Assembly (NCBI GenBank): GCA_963755125.1
Contig: CAVWIP010000017.1
Location: 394,082 to 458,081 of the forward strand
DNA length: 64,000 bases
Origin: an uncultured delta proteobacterium
Lineage (GTDB): Bacteria > Myxococcota_A > Polyangia > Fen-1088
Direction: 5' to 3'
In this document: one piece after another, positions 30,803-40,426 of the stretch
Position numbering within the stretch: the stretch's first letter is position 1
Layout of the letters: every line of letters begins with the position of its first letter
Made by a program: the position numbers and the translations under genes
Notes under the pieces: generated by a model
Database searches by the model: none
What the model saw: the letters and a program-made list of their open reading frames with translations, nothing else
What the model was told of the DNA's origin: nothing

Positions 30803-32482
30803 ATGAAAATCGTCTGTGACGCTTGTCAGGCTAAGTACTCGATAGCGGACGAAAAAGTCCAGGGTAAGGCCTTCAAGATCCGGTGCAAGAAGTGCAACCA
30901 TATCATCGTGGTCAGAAGCGGCGGTGAGCGCGCCGCCAGTGCTGCAGCGGAACCCAAGCCCGCGCCGGCCGAGGCCCAAGGCACATGGTACGTCGTGGTG
31001 GAGGGCGAGCAGGTTGGGCCACTGGCCGAGCCAGACATCGCGGCCCGCCTGGCGCGCGGTGAGATCACGGCTGAGACACTGGTTTGGAAGGAGGGTTTTG
31101 CCGACTGGGTGAAACTGTCAGCCGTCCCGGAGTTGGCACAGGCGTCCACCTCTCAGGGGGCTGCGGCTGTTCACGCGGCCTCGATGCCGGCGGCCGAGCC
31201 TGCCCCTGCCCGGCGCGACTCAGCCCGCATGCGCGCGCATGGTTCGGCGCGGGATGTGGCCAGGGCAGCGGCTCCCTCTGAGGATGTTTTCTCCAAGCCC
31301 GCCCCGGCGGCGAGTGGATCAGGCGATCTGTTCGCATCGCCATCCGCAGGTTTTTCGCCCGCTGCGCCCGAATCGCCCGCCGCCGCATCATCGCCGTTTG
31401 CCTTTGGCGCGGCGACGGCTCCAGCCGCTGAGCCGGCGTCCAGAGCGCCCGGCAACGGCGCCGGGCAAAGTCCTCTTACTGGTCAACGCAACGAGAACTC
31501 GGTTCTGTTCTCGCTGGCCAACCTGGAAGCCCTTGCGGTGCCAAGTTCGAGCAGCGCGCGGGCGCCGTCGACAGTTTCCAGCAGCGAGGGCTCCGGCCTC
31601 ATCGACATTCGCTCGATGGCTGCAAGGACCATCGGAGAGTCCAGCGGAGGTGACACCTTCGGCGGTTCGGACGCGTTGCCAACCTTCTCGACGCCGCAGT
31701 TCTCCCCGGTGGCGCCGGTGCTGTTGCCCTTGGGCTCCAGCGGACCGCCCAAGTGGGTGTACCCGGTTCTGGGCGTGCTGGCCATCGGCATCGTTGCGCT
31801 TGGCTTCGGCATCTACAAGGTGGTATCGGCGCCCCCGCCTCCTCCGCCTCTGCCTCCGCAGATCGTGGTGCCCGCGCCGGTACCGGCGGCCCCCGCGCCG
31901 GCAGCAGCGGCGAGCCCTGGGACTCCGGCGACCGCCGAGCCAGCCAAGCCGTCCGCGCCCGAGGAGAAGCCCAGCGAGGAAAAGGGGACGACGGAGAGAA
32001 AGAGGCCGTCAGGGAAAGGCAGCCGGCCGTCGGGCAAGGGTTCGGCCGAGACAACCCCGTCGGCCAAAGGTGAGAAGCCCACGACCGAGGCGGCGCCGAC
32101 CGCTGCACCAGCAAAGCCCAAGAAGGGTGGCTCGATCGATGACCTGCTCAACCAGGTCGGCACCAACAAGGGCGGCGGCGACGAGCCCAAGCCCAGGAAG
32201 GCGCCAACCACGGCGGCGCTGCCCAGCCTGTCCCAGACTGACATCGTGAGCGCGATGAAGGCGGTGCAGCCCAGGGTGAAGGAGTGCTACAACCAGTACA
32301 AGGTTCCGGGCATCGCGAATGTGAGCATATCGGTGTCCAAGGGAGGCCGCGTCGCCTCGGCGAACGTGACGGGCAAGTTCGCGGGAACGCCCAGTGGAAC
32401 GTGCGTGGAAGCTGCGGCCAAGACCGCGAAGTTCCCGCCTTGTGAGGCCATGAGTTTCCCCTGGCCGTTCCAGCTTCACTAA
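30803..32482 (+). CDS. zinc-ribbon + GYF_2 + TM + TonB-C-like protein (GltJ/AgmX-like)
   Basis: MKIVCDACQAKY...IRCKKC; WYVVVEGEQVGP...LVWKEGFADW; single TM; C-terminal ECY...CVEAA..FP. Confidence 0.8.
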   Translation: MKIVCDACQAKYSIADEKVQGKAFKIRCKKCNHIIVVRSGGERAASAAAEPKPAPAEAQGTWYVVVEGEQVGPLAEPDIAARLARGEITAETLVWKEGFADWVKLSAVPELAQASTSQGAAAVHAASMPAAEPAPARRDSARMRAHGSARDVARAAAPSEDVFSKPAPAASGSGDLFASPSAGFSPAAPESPAAASSPFAFGAATAPAAEPASRAPGNGAGQSPLTGQRNENSVLFSLANLEALAVPSSSSARAPSTVSSSEGSGLIDIRSMAARTIGESSGGDTFGGSDALPTFSTPQFSPVAPVLLPLGSSGPPKWVYPVLGVLAIGIVALGFGIYKVVSAPPPPPPLPPQIVVPAPVPAAPAPAAAASPGTPATAEPAKPSAPEEKPSEEKGTTERKRPSGKGSRPSGKGSAETTPSAKGEKPTTEAAPTAAPAKPKKGGSIDDLLNQVGTNKGGGDEPKPRKAPTTAALPSLSQTDIVSAMKAVQPRVKECYNQYKVPGIANVSISVSKGGRVASANVTGKFAGTPSGTCVEAAAKTAKFPPCEAMSFPWPFQLH

Positions 32483-32488
32483 TTGTCG

Positions 32489-32920
32489 TCAGGGTGAGGC
32501 GCCGCCGTCAGGATCGGTCTTGCGGGGCGGCGGCGGCGCGGGCGAGCCGTGGTCCTCACGCAGCCGGGCGGCCAGCTTGTCGATCAAGATCTGCTCGTTG
32601 TAGCGGGGCAAGTCGGGCAGCGAAGCCACCACACGCGTGAGCTCGCGATCGTCGCTGTCGCTGGCTCGGATGAGTTCGAGCGAGCCCTTGTGGAGCTTCT
32701 GGCCGTCGGGGTAGTCGAACAGAATGTAGCCGGCAGCCTCGTCCTTCTCACGAATCACGCAATTGCGATCGATGCGCAAGAAGCGCACGGCACTGGGCCA
32801 CACGTCGGCAAAGGGATAGGAAACCGTCCCCGCGGTGCGCGCCTCCGCCGCGGGCAGCCCGAGCAGCAGTCCAGCAAGGCTGAGCGCGAGCAGGGCAGCC
32901 CTGGCTGGCAAGGCTCGCAT
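32489..32920 (-). CDS. hypothetical exported protein
   Basis: Signal peptide MRALPARAALLALSLAGLLLGLPAAEA; VWPSAVRFLRID; overlaps stop of upstream gene. Confidence 0.7.
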   Translation of the reverse strand: MRALPARAALLALSLAGLLLGLPAAEARTAGTVSYPFADVWPSAVRFLRIDRNCVIREKDEAAGYILFDYPDGQKLHKGSLELIRASDSDDRELTRVVASLPDLPRYNEQILIDKLAARLREDHGSPAPPPPRKTDPDGGASP

Positions 32921-33969
32921 CACGACGTCCCGCCTTCCTCGGCGGCGCGCTTGGACTCGACGACCATGGTGCGCAGCGAGTGGGAGCCTCCTCCCACCGC
33001 CAAGAGGGCGAGAAAACCCAATCCCACGTACCACACGAACTGGATTCCATGGAGGGCAATCGCGTAGGCCCCCCCGAAGGAACTGACCGTGGCCGCAGGC
33101 AAGTAGGCGCCCAAAGCAATGATAACGCCGGCATGAAACTGGCCCACCAGGCCCGGCGAATTGGGCAGAGAGATGAGCACTCCGGTAAAAGCCATAGCCG
33201 CGAACGCGCCCGTGAGAGGAATGGCAAGCTGCATGTCGCGCGCCAGAAGCCACATTCCGAATCCGTTGCTGAACCAGTAGAGCACCGTCTGGGCCAGGAA
33301 CGGAATCATGTCGCGCGGCTCACGCAAGGCCCGAAATCCGTGGATCAGGGCACGCAGCTTGTCGGCGAGGCGCTCGGCCGCCACAGGGGCAAAACGTCGC
33401 ACAAGGGTCACCGCCAGCACGAGCTGGATGGTCTTCTCGGTCCAGCGCAGGGCGCAGGCCAGAAAGATCGTGAGCGAAAGAAACCCAATCAGTGACAACC
33501 AAGCTGCGCCCGCCAGCACCGAGGAGTAGCCCGGCCCGCCCGCCCGGAAGGCCAACATGTACGTGGTGAAGAACAGGATCGAGATCACCAGCCCGTCGAC
33601 GATACGCTCGACGGCGACTGTTCCCAGTACGGCGCTCATGCGGGATTGCCCGCCGCGCACGACGTAGTAGGGGCGCGCGAATTCGCCGAGGCGGAAGGGC
33701 AAAGCCAGGATGGCCATGAACCCCGCCGTTGAAATGATCATCAGCCGGCCGAAACTCAAGGACACGCCGATGGGACGCAAGAGATACTTCCAGCGCCACG
33801 CGCGGAACAGATGCGTGGGAACCATGGTGGCCGCGTAGATCAGAACCGCCGAAACCGGCAAACCGCGCAGCACCGAGGCCGTGGCTGAAAGGTCGATCTT
33901 GCGAATGGCGAGCCACAGACACAGCGCCCCCACGAGCAAGGACAAGAAGATTTTGACGAACAGCTTCAA
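32920..33969 (-). CDS. lysylphosphatidylglycerol synthase TM/flippase-like (UPF0104) protein
   Basis: RAWRWKYLL, LPFRLGEFARP, VERIVDG, PNSPGLVGQFH. Confidence 0.88.
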   Translation of the reverse strand: MKLFVKIFLSLLVGALCLWLAIRKIDLSATASVLRGLPVSAVLIYAATMVPTHLFRAWRWKYLLRPIGVSLSFGRLMIISTAGFMAILALPFRLGEFARPYYVVRGGQSRMSAVLGTVAVERIVDGLVISILFFTTYMLAFRAGGPGYSSVLAGAAWLSLIGFLSLTIFLACALRWTEKTIQLVLAVTLVRRFAPVAAERLADKLRALIHGFRALREPRDMIPFLAQTVLYWFSNGFGMWLLARDMQLAIPLTGAFAAMAFTGVLISLPNSPGLVGQFHAGVIIALGAYLPAATVSSFGGAYAIALHGIQFVWYVGLGFLALLAVGGGSHSLRTMVVESKRAAEEGGTS

Positions 33970-33998
33970 GGAGGAAGGTCTCTTCGACGCAGATTGTA

Positions 33999-34718
33999 TC
34001 AGGGGAGTTGACCTATCAAGATACGGCGGGGATTGTCGCTGAGCAATCGCCGGGCCACATCGGCGCCGAGACGTTTCTCGATCCAGGCAAGTCCTGCCGC
34101 AATAGCTGGGCCGTCCTCCGGGGCGTGCATGTCAGAAGCGGCGGCATGGGCCAAGCCTTCCTCGACCAGCCGTCGGGCCGTCTTGACTTCGGCGCGGTCG
34201 CCGGTTCCAGACAGCGGGACCAAATCTACCAACAAGGCGGCCTGGCGGCCCAAGGCTTCGGCCACCGCGGGATCGCGTTGCACAGCCGAATACCGTTCGG
34301 GGTGGGCCAGGACCGCAAGACGCCCGGTCACCCGCAGGTCGAAGAGCGCTGCTTCGAGGCGTGGCGGCAGATCTGCCGGGCTGATTTCAAACAGGAAAGC
34401 CTTGCCGCCATCGTAGCAGGGCGGTTCTCCCTGGCGTAGTCGGCTGGCAAAGACGTCGTCCCAGTAGTTCTCAGCGCCGAGCAGCAGGTGTACCTCGGGT
34501 AGCACAGTCGCGATCTCGCGGCTCACCTGATCGAAGGTGTCTCTCACCTCGGCGAGCGGGGGCTGAAACATCCCCGCGAACTGGTGGGGCGTGGCGCACA
34601 GGTCGGAGAAACCCATCTCGGTCAGGGCGCGCACCATGCTGAGGCAGGTGACGAGGCTGTCGGCGCCGTCGTCAAGGCCGGGAAGGAAATGGGAATGCAG
34701 ATCAACGTAATGCGCCAC
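33999..34718 (-). CDS. CpsB/CapC-family PHP tyrosine phosphatase
   Basis: DLHSHFLPGLDDGA, ATPH, AHPERY, ASDMH; start uncertain. Confidence 0.9.
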   Translation of the reverse strand: MAHYVDLHSHFLPGLDDGADSLVTCLSMVRALTEMGFSDLCATPHQFAGMFQPPLAEVRDTFDQVSREIATVLPEVHLLLGAENYWDDVFASRLRQGEPPCYDGGKAFLFEISPADLPPRLEAALFDLRVTGRLAVLAHPERYSAVQRDPAVAEALGRQAALLVDLVPLSGTGDRAEVKTARRLVEEGLAHAAASDMHAPEDGPAIAAGLAWIEKRLGADVARRLLSDNPRRILIGQLP

Positions 34719-34874
34719 GGGGCCTGGCGTGAGACAATAGCGAATTCGGCGCAGCGGTGAGCGTTTCTTTTCTTCCGGCTGGCGGCCCACAGAAAACGCG
34801 ACCGGGCTGCGCTTCGGGCTTGCGCAAAGGCGACAAGCGATCGCACAGTGATATTGCTAGGAGGCAAAAGTTTG

Positions 34875-35381
34875 ATGAGCGACAAGGTCGTGCTGCCACG
34901 TCTGGACTTGCCGGGTCAGAAGACCCACTGGGCTGTCGTTGCCGTCATCGGCGGCGGTGTCTTGGTTTTGTTGATGGCCGCGATCTTTCTGGTTGTCGTG
35001 CACAAGCAGCAGGCCGCGCAGGAAGCGGCGGCCAGGGCAGTCGAAGCCCGCGCCAAGGAGGCGGCTGCCCAGGTCGAGAGGCTGAAGCTTGAGGCGGCCG
35101 CTGCGGTCGAGAAGGCCAAGGCAGCCGCGGCGGCAGCCGCTGCCGAGAAGGCGAAGCCTGCTGCGCCTGTCGCGTCCGGCGACGATGCAAACAAGGCGGG
35201 GTCCACCGCGGCGGCGGCGGTTGCGGATTCGGGCAAGGCGGGAGCGAAGAAGAAGGCGCACAAGCCGTCGGGGCGCAAGGCGGGAAAGGTCGTGGGTTCC
35301 AAGAGCGGCGGCGCGGAGCCGTCTGAAGCGACCAAGAAGAGTGATGCGTCGGTTGACGCGTTGCTACGCGGTCTAAAGTAG
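34875..35381 (+). CDS. hypothetical single-TM protein with Ala/Lys-rich tail
   Basis: TM AVVAVIGGGVLVLLMAAIFLVVV; ends SVDALLRGLK. Confidence 0.7.
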   Translation: MSDKVVLPRLDLPGQKTHWAVVAVIGGGVLVLLMAAIFLVVVHKQQAAQEAAARAVEARAKEAAAQVERLKLEAAAAVEKAKAAAAAAAAEKAKPAAPVASGDDANKAGSTAAAAVADSGKAGAKKKAHKPSGRKAGKVVGSKSGGAEPSEATKKSDASVDALLRGLK

Positions 35382-35531
35382 TTTCTCTTGCTCGCGCAGG
35401 GCGCGTGCGCCCGGCCCGGTCAAGCTGGCAGCGCGGAAGGTTGTTCGCGCTCCGCGCGCGCGAATTTGTGTTAAATACTAGGTTGATGGCCCACCTTTCC
35501 CCAGTGAACGCAGCAAAGTGCAAGGAGCTAC

Positions 35532-36275
35532 ATGGCTGAGCCACAAGAGAACTCGGTCCTGACGTCTCTCAAGGAACTTCGCAGGCAAGAAGAGGAGCGA
35601 GTCAAACAGGAGAAGGCAAGAATCGAGGCAAAGGCCGAGGCTGAGCGGCGGGCAAGGGAGGAGAGTGAGCGACGGGCGAAGGAGGAGACTGAGCAGGCTC
35701 GCCTCGCGGAAGAGAACCGCAAGCTGCGCGCGGAAGAAGAGAAGCTGGCGCGTGAGCGCGAGGAGAGGCTGCGCGTGGAGGAAGCCGAGCGCCGCGCGCG
35801 CATCGACGCCGAGATGAAGCTACAGCACGAGCGCATGCGACTCGAGGTGGAGGCCAAGGCGGCGGTGCAGGCCAAGCCCGCGCCCAAAGGACTCATCATC
35901 GGAATCGTGATCGGCGTGCTGGTCATCGGAGCCGCTGTGGTGGCCAAGATCACAGCGGACCACCGCGCGGCTTCCGAGGCGCAGGCCCAGGCGGCTGAAA
36001 AGGAGAAACAGGAACTGCTGCGCAAGCAACAGGAGCAGGAGTTGGCCTTCCAGGCCCAGATCGCCAAGCTCACCAAGCAGCTTGGCGAGGCCAAGAGCGA
36101 GGCTGACCGCGAGGCACTGAGGCAACAGATCGAGCAGGCCAACTCGCGGCGTGCGACCGCCGCCGCTGCGACCCGCTCGCGCTCCTCGAAGGAGAGCGCC
36201 GCCAAGCCCGAGGCGCCGCAGAAGCTGATCAAGGACAAGAAGCAAGTCTCGAACGACCCGCTTGACGGGATCTAG
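35532..36275 (+). CDS. coiled-coil single-TM protein
   Basis: AAGGAG RBS; E/R-rich coiled coil, TM, second coiled coil, ends NDPLDGI. Confidence 0.8.
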   Translation: MAEPQENSVLTSLKELRRQEEERVKQEKARIEAKAEAERRAREESERRAKEETEQARLAEENRKLRAEEEKLAREREERLRVEEAERRARIDAEMKLQHERMRLEVEAKAAVQAKPAPKGLIIGIVIGVLVIGAAVVAKITADHRAASEAQAQAAEKEKQELLRKQQEQELAFQAQIAKLTKQLGEAKSEADREALRQQIEQANSRRATAAAATRSRSSKESAAKPEAPQKLIKDKKQVSNDPLDGI

Positions 36276-36389
36276 AGAGAGAGAGTAGTCGCTCCGATCA
36301 CGACCACGTCTACGACCACGATCTTCTGCAGAGATCGCGGGGTGCGGAACGGCCCCTCTTGCGGGCGGAGCCGTGGTAAAAACCTGGCC

Positions 36390-36956
36390 ATGAGCGGCCG
36401 TGAGCTTTTTGAACGCAACCGGGCTCGACTCCTCGATCTGCTCAGGCAACTCGCCTACGAGGAGCGCGAGGTCATCCTCGCTTCGGGGCAGAAGAGCAAC
36501 TTCTATATCGACTGCAAACAGGCCGTGCTGGGTGCCGAGGGCCACTTCCTGGTGGGTTGGCTGTTCAACCGACTGATTGCCGAGAACGCCCCCGAGGTGG
36601 AGGCCGTGGGAGGTCTGACCATGGGCGCCGATCCACTGGCCTCGGCCGTGGCCACGGTCAGTTACCTGGGCGGTCGGCCGCTGGACGCTTTCTATGTGCG
36701 CAAAGAGGCCAAGGGCCACGGCACGGCGCAGTGGCTGGAGGGACGCAAGTTGCTTCGCCCCGGGATGCCGGTCGCCATCCTCGAGGACGTGGTGACCACG
36801 GGTGGCTCTGCGCTCAAGGCGATTGCGCGCGCGCGTGAGTTTGGCCTCAAGGTCAGCCTGATCGTCGGTCTGGTGGACCGCGAGGAAGGTGGCCGAGAGG
36901 TGTTGCAGCGGGAGGCACCCCTGCAGACCCTCTTCCGACGGAGGGAGTTCGTCTGA
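36390..36956 (+). CDS. pyrE: orotate phosphoribosyltransferase
   Basis: LASGQKSNFYIDC, GGLTMGADP, VRKEAKGHG, LEDVVTTGGS. Confidence 0.95.
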   Translation: MSGRELFERNRARLLDLLRQLAYEEREVILASGQKSNFYIDCKQAVLGAEGHFLVGWLFNRLIAENAPEVEAVGGLTMGADPLASAVATVSYLGGRPLDAFYVRKEAKGHGTAQWLEGRKLLRPGMPVAILEDVVTTGGSALKAIARAREFGLKVSLIVGLVDREEGGREVLQREAPLQTLFRRREFV

Positions 36957-37600
36957 TGGCATTTCTGTCCGCGCGCCGGAGTGTGCTTGGGCCTGCGTTG
37001 GCCTGTGCTGCGGCGCTGGTGGGGTGCGCCCAGGCTGCGCGCAAGCCCGTCGATTTTTCCGAGGCGACGCGGGACTATCGGGCGACTGACTATCCGTCGG
37101 TCTACGAGAACTGGACGCGACACGTGAAGCTGGTGCAGGAGGTGGGCACCGTCATAGAGGCGTGGGCGACGAGCAAGAGCTGGGATTACCGCCAGGCCTA
37201 TGTGGCGTACTACGCCAGCGTCTATGATTTGTCGGACAGCGATCGGGCTACGCTGCTGCACGCGCAGAGCGATGCTGCGCGGGCCAGCTACGAGTTCCAT
37301 GTGGCGGTACAGACGACCACTGACAGATGGAACGATCTCGATCGGAAGAACTCACCCTGGCGGGTGACTCTGCTTGATGGCACAGGGGCCGAGATGGGGC
37401 CCACATCGATCCAAGTCGTGAAGTTGCCAGAAATCTACGAGAGCCAGTTTTTTCCCAGCCGGACGGAATTCACGCGCACCTACGAGATCGACTTTGCCCG
37501 CAACGGCGGACAGCCTTTCGCAGGTCCGGCAAGTGGTCGCCTCGTTCTGCGGATTGCCAGCCCCATGGGCCGCGTCGAATTGGTCTGGGACGCCAAGTAG
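36956..37600 (+). CDS. hypothetical lipoprotein
   Basis: Lipobox ALVG-C; TGATG overlap with pyrE. Confidence 0.75.
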   Translation: MAFLSARRSVLGPALACAAALVGCAQAARKPVDFSEATRDYRATDYPSVYENWTRHVKLVQEVGTVIEAWATSKSWDYRQAYVAYYASVYDLSDSDRATLLHAQSDAARASYEFHVAVQTTTDRWNDLDRKNSPWRVTLLDGTGAEMGPTSIQVVKLPEIYESQFFPSRTEFTRTYEIDFARNGGQPFAGPASGRLVLRIASPMGRVELVWDAK

Positions 37601-37609
37601 GAAGCGAGG

Positions 37610-40159
37610 CTAGGCTTGTTTCTTGGTTGGCCTGTGGCTGGGCGAACCCTTCGCCTTTGCTTTGCTGGCAGGAGCGTCCAGGTCAGCGAAGGTGTCCTCG
37701 GCCTCGCGCTTGTAGAGGTCGGCCTCGCGTTCGAAGAAGTCACGCTCGACCGCATTGAAGGCGCTGCTGATGCGGCCTGAGCGCCTGCCTGGCTGCGATG
37801 TCCCGCGGTCGCTGTCGTCCGATGGGGGGACCGTTGGCCGGGCTGCGGCAGGAGCGGCCCGACCGCCGCTTCCGCCGCGCACCTGACCCTTGCCCGAGGC
37901 GACACCCGGGGAACCGGTTCGGGGCTGGGCGGTGCCGGCTAGGCCGCGCGCCGCCGTGCCCGCCGACTGAGGCTTGGGCGCGTCGAGCTTTTGCACCTCG
38001 GCCACCAGGCCCGGATCGAGCGCCACCGAGATGCCGCTGGATGGGGTTTTGAGCGAGCTTGCCGACGAGCGCGGAGCAGGGGCAACCGAAAGCGTGCCGG
38101 TTGCCCTGCCGGTGTAGCCTGGCTTCGGCGGGGAAGAGGTGTTCTTTTGCACTGGGTCGCTGGCGTTGTCAGCGCCAGACTGTGCCGATGTAGCCACCGC
38201 GCCGGATTCGGCGTTGAAGGGCTCGGCTGACTCCGGGGGACCCACGGGCGTCGTGGCCTTTTCCAATCGGCCGAGTTCGGCCATCAACACCGGATCGAGT
38301 TCGACGGACACGCCCTTGCCCGGGGTCTTGGCCGCGGCCGATCGCTGCGAGGGAGTGACGGAAAGGGTGCCTGTCACCCTCGCGCTGCGGTCCCCATCGC
38401 TGTGGGTGGCAACGGGCGGCAACGAGCCGCCGGCAGCGGGAAGAGGCGCAGAGGTCGGAGCGAGCACCACGCCGGTAGCGGCCGCAACTGTCTGGGAGGC
38501 GGTCGCCGAACTCAGCGGTGTGGCGCTGGGTTCGGTCGACGTTGCCACAGCCGCGGGGGAAGCAGTCGGCGCTATTGACTGGGGAGGCGTCGCGACGGCA
38601 GCGTCATCCTTCGCGACCAGCTTGCCGTCGGAGGCAAGCGCAGGATCGATCTCGACAGAAATGCCGCCGCCCGCACGCTGCGGGTGCGCGGCTGAACGTC
38701 GGTAACTCGACGAGGGCGCCACCTGCATTGTGCCTGTCACGCGACCGGTGCGCGTCGGAGGCTCGGCGGGCGCAGCGGGGGTCTCGACCGGAGCGGCGGT
38801 TGGCGCTTGCGAGACAACGGCTTCGACAAGAGCCAGATCGATGCTAACCGAGGGCCGCTTGCGGCCATCGGGCTCCATCTGACGTCGGTCACTTGTCGCG
38901 CGACGCTCGATGGTGCCGGAAGCCCGGGCCTTGCCGGCCTCCGGGGCTTGCGCGACGGGCGCTGCGAGAGGAGCGGCGTTTGGCACGCCAGGCAAGCGCA
39001 CGGTGGCCGCCTCCATGCTCAGGATGGGCGTGCCCAGTACAGGCGTCTCAGCCGATGCGCGCCGCTGGGTCTTTCGGCGATTCACATCTCCGACTCGCGT
39101 GTCGACCTGAGCGACCCGCGCAGGTGTCGGTCTGTGCGGCGATGCCGGCGCCGCGCTGTCTTCGGGGCTCGCGATGCGGGCGGTTTCCCAGAATTTCTGC
39201 AAGGGCGGGGTAGGCGCGGTGGTGCCATCCACCGGCTTCCGTCGGGCCACCACCCCAACATCTACCAGGCGGGTGAGGATGCGTACGGTGTCGAAGACGC
39301 GGAAGGGGCTTTCGTCGATGATGTCGGTCAGCGAGCGCCGTCCGTCGCACAGACGGAGCACCGGCGTGACATCGGAAGGCACCGTGGCCTTTGCCAGTCG
39401 GTCGTCGTTCTTCTCGTACACCGAGGAAGCGGGCCCGATGCCCTGGATGGAGTGGTTGTAGTCGCGCAGGAAGCGTTCCGCTTCTTCCATGATCTGATCG
39501 AATCGCCGGTTGAACTGCGCCCGTCGGACCACGGCGCGCAGGCGCAGTTCGATCTTGGCGTCTTCCCACAGCAGAAGGTGATGGACGGCGGGCGGGCCTT
39601 GCAGCGAGCCCACTTGGGCTCCGGCAATCTCGCCCTCGGAAAACAGAATCTCGCCCCGACTATTTGCGCGCTCGACTTGCAACACACCCGAGCGCGTCAG
39701 TCCAGTCATAACTCGGATGATCGAGAACAAGCCGAACTCAGCTACCGTGCCGTCGATTCCCGCTTCGCTACCCGGCGCGTGCGAATCCCGGTTGCCCAGC
39801 GAGACGAGTATGCGACTGGCCGTGATCGCGTCGCGCACGAACACCGGCGTGGGCAGAAAGTCGATCGACCCACAGTCGAGCACGTCTGCGCGCAGGCTGG
39901 CAGGGCCCATGACCAACAAGGGCAGACCACGGGTTTCTTCGCTGGAACGAAGCTGGCGAAGCAGTGTCAAGGTCTTGTCGTACGGCTCGCGCGCGGCAAT
40001 CACCAGGATATCCGCGCCGGACGCCTTGACCAGGAACGTCGCCGTTTCCGGGGCCGGGCAGGCCGTGCTGCGCCAGTCAACACCCTGAAAGCCGTAGACG
40101 AGCGATTCGAGTCCCTTCAGGTCTGAGTCGACGAGTAGCGCTGCGGATGTACGGGCCAT
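37610..40159 (-). CDS. atypical receiver domain + DUF4388 (PatA-N-like) + long low-complexity repeat tail
   Basis: LLVDSD..., ADILVIAA (no phospho-Asp); IDGTVAEFGL..RSGVL..GEILFSEGEI; LCDGRRSLTDIIDESPF. Confidence 0.8.
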   Translation of the reverse strand: MARTSAALLVDSDLKGLESLVYGFQGVDWRSTACPAPETATFLVKASGADILVIAAREPYDKTLTLLRQLRSSEETRGLPLLVMGPASLRADVLDCGSIDFLPTPVFVRDAITASRILVSLGNRDSHAPGSEAGIDGTVAEFGLFSIIRVMTGLTRSGVLQVERANSRGEILFSEGEIAGAQVGSLQGPPAVHHLLLWEDAKIELRLRAVVRRAQFNRRFDQIMEEAERFLRDYNHSIQGIGPASSVYEKNDDRLAKATVPSDVTPVLRLCDGRRSLTDIIDESPFRVFDTVRILTRLVDVGVVARRKPVDGTTAPTPPLQKFWETARIASPEDSAAPASPHRPTPARVAQVDTRVGDVNRRKTQRRASAETPVLGTPILSMEAATVRLPGVPNAAPLAAPVAQAPEAGKARASGTIERRATSDRRQMEPDGRKRPSVSIDLALVEAVVSQAPTAAPVETPAAPAEPPTRTGRVTGTMQVAPSSSYRRSAAHPQRAGGGISVEIDPALASDGKLVAKDDAAVATPPQSIAPTASPAAVATSTEPSATPLSSATASQTVAAATGVVLAPTSAPLPAAGGSLPPVATHSDGDRSARVTGTLSVTPSQRSAAAKTPGKGVSVELDPVLMAELGRLEKATTPVGPPESAEPFNAESGAVATSAQSGADNASDPVQKNTSSPPKPGYTGRATGTLSVAPAPRSSASSLKTPSSGISVALDPGLVAEVQKLDAPKPQSAGTAARGLAGTAQPRTGSPGVASGKGQVRGGSGGRAAPAAARPTVPPSDDSDRGTSQPGRRSGRISSAFNAVERDFFEREADLYKREAEDTFADLDAPASKAKAKGSPSHRPTKKQA

Positions 40160-40298
40160 TTTCCTGCCGGATAGCGAAAAGCGAGAAGACGGACTAATCG
40201 AGTATAGCCGCGGAGCGGGGCCAGCACACTACGATTGGCGCGTGACGGGCTTCCACGGATGGTGTGCGTAGGGGTGTGATCCCCGTCACTCTTTTTTG

Positions 40299-40370
40299 AG
40301 GTGCCGCCCGGATTTGAACCGGGGAATAAGGGTTTTGCAGACCCTTGCCTTACCACTTGGCCACGGCACC
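40299..40370 (-). tRNA. tRNA-Cys (GCA)
   Basis: GGTGCCGTGGCCAAGTGGTAAGGCAAGGGTCTGCAAAACCCTTATTCCCCGGTTCAAATCCGGGCGGCACCT; U73; CCA not encoded. Confidence 0.96.
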
Positions 40371-40426
40371 GGACTTCCTCGCCCGGGTATCTAGCACAAA
40401 CCTAGCAGAAAGCGGCATATCAACGA

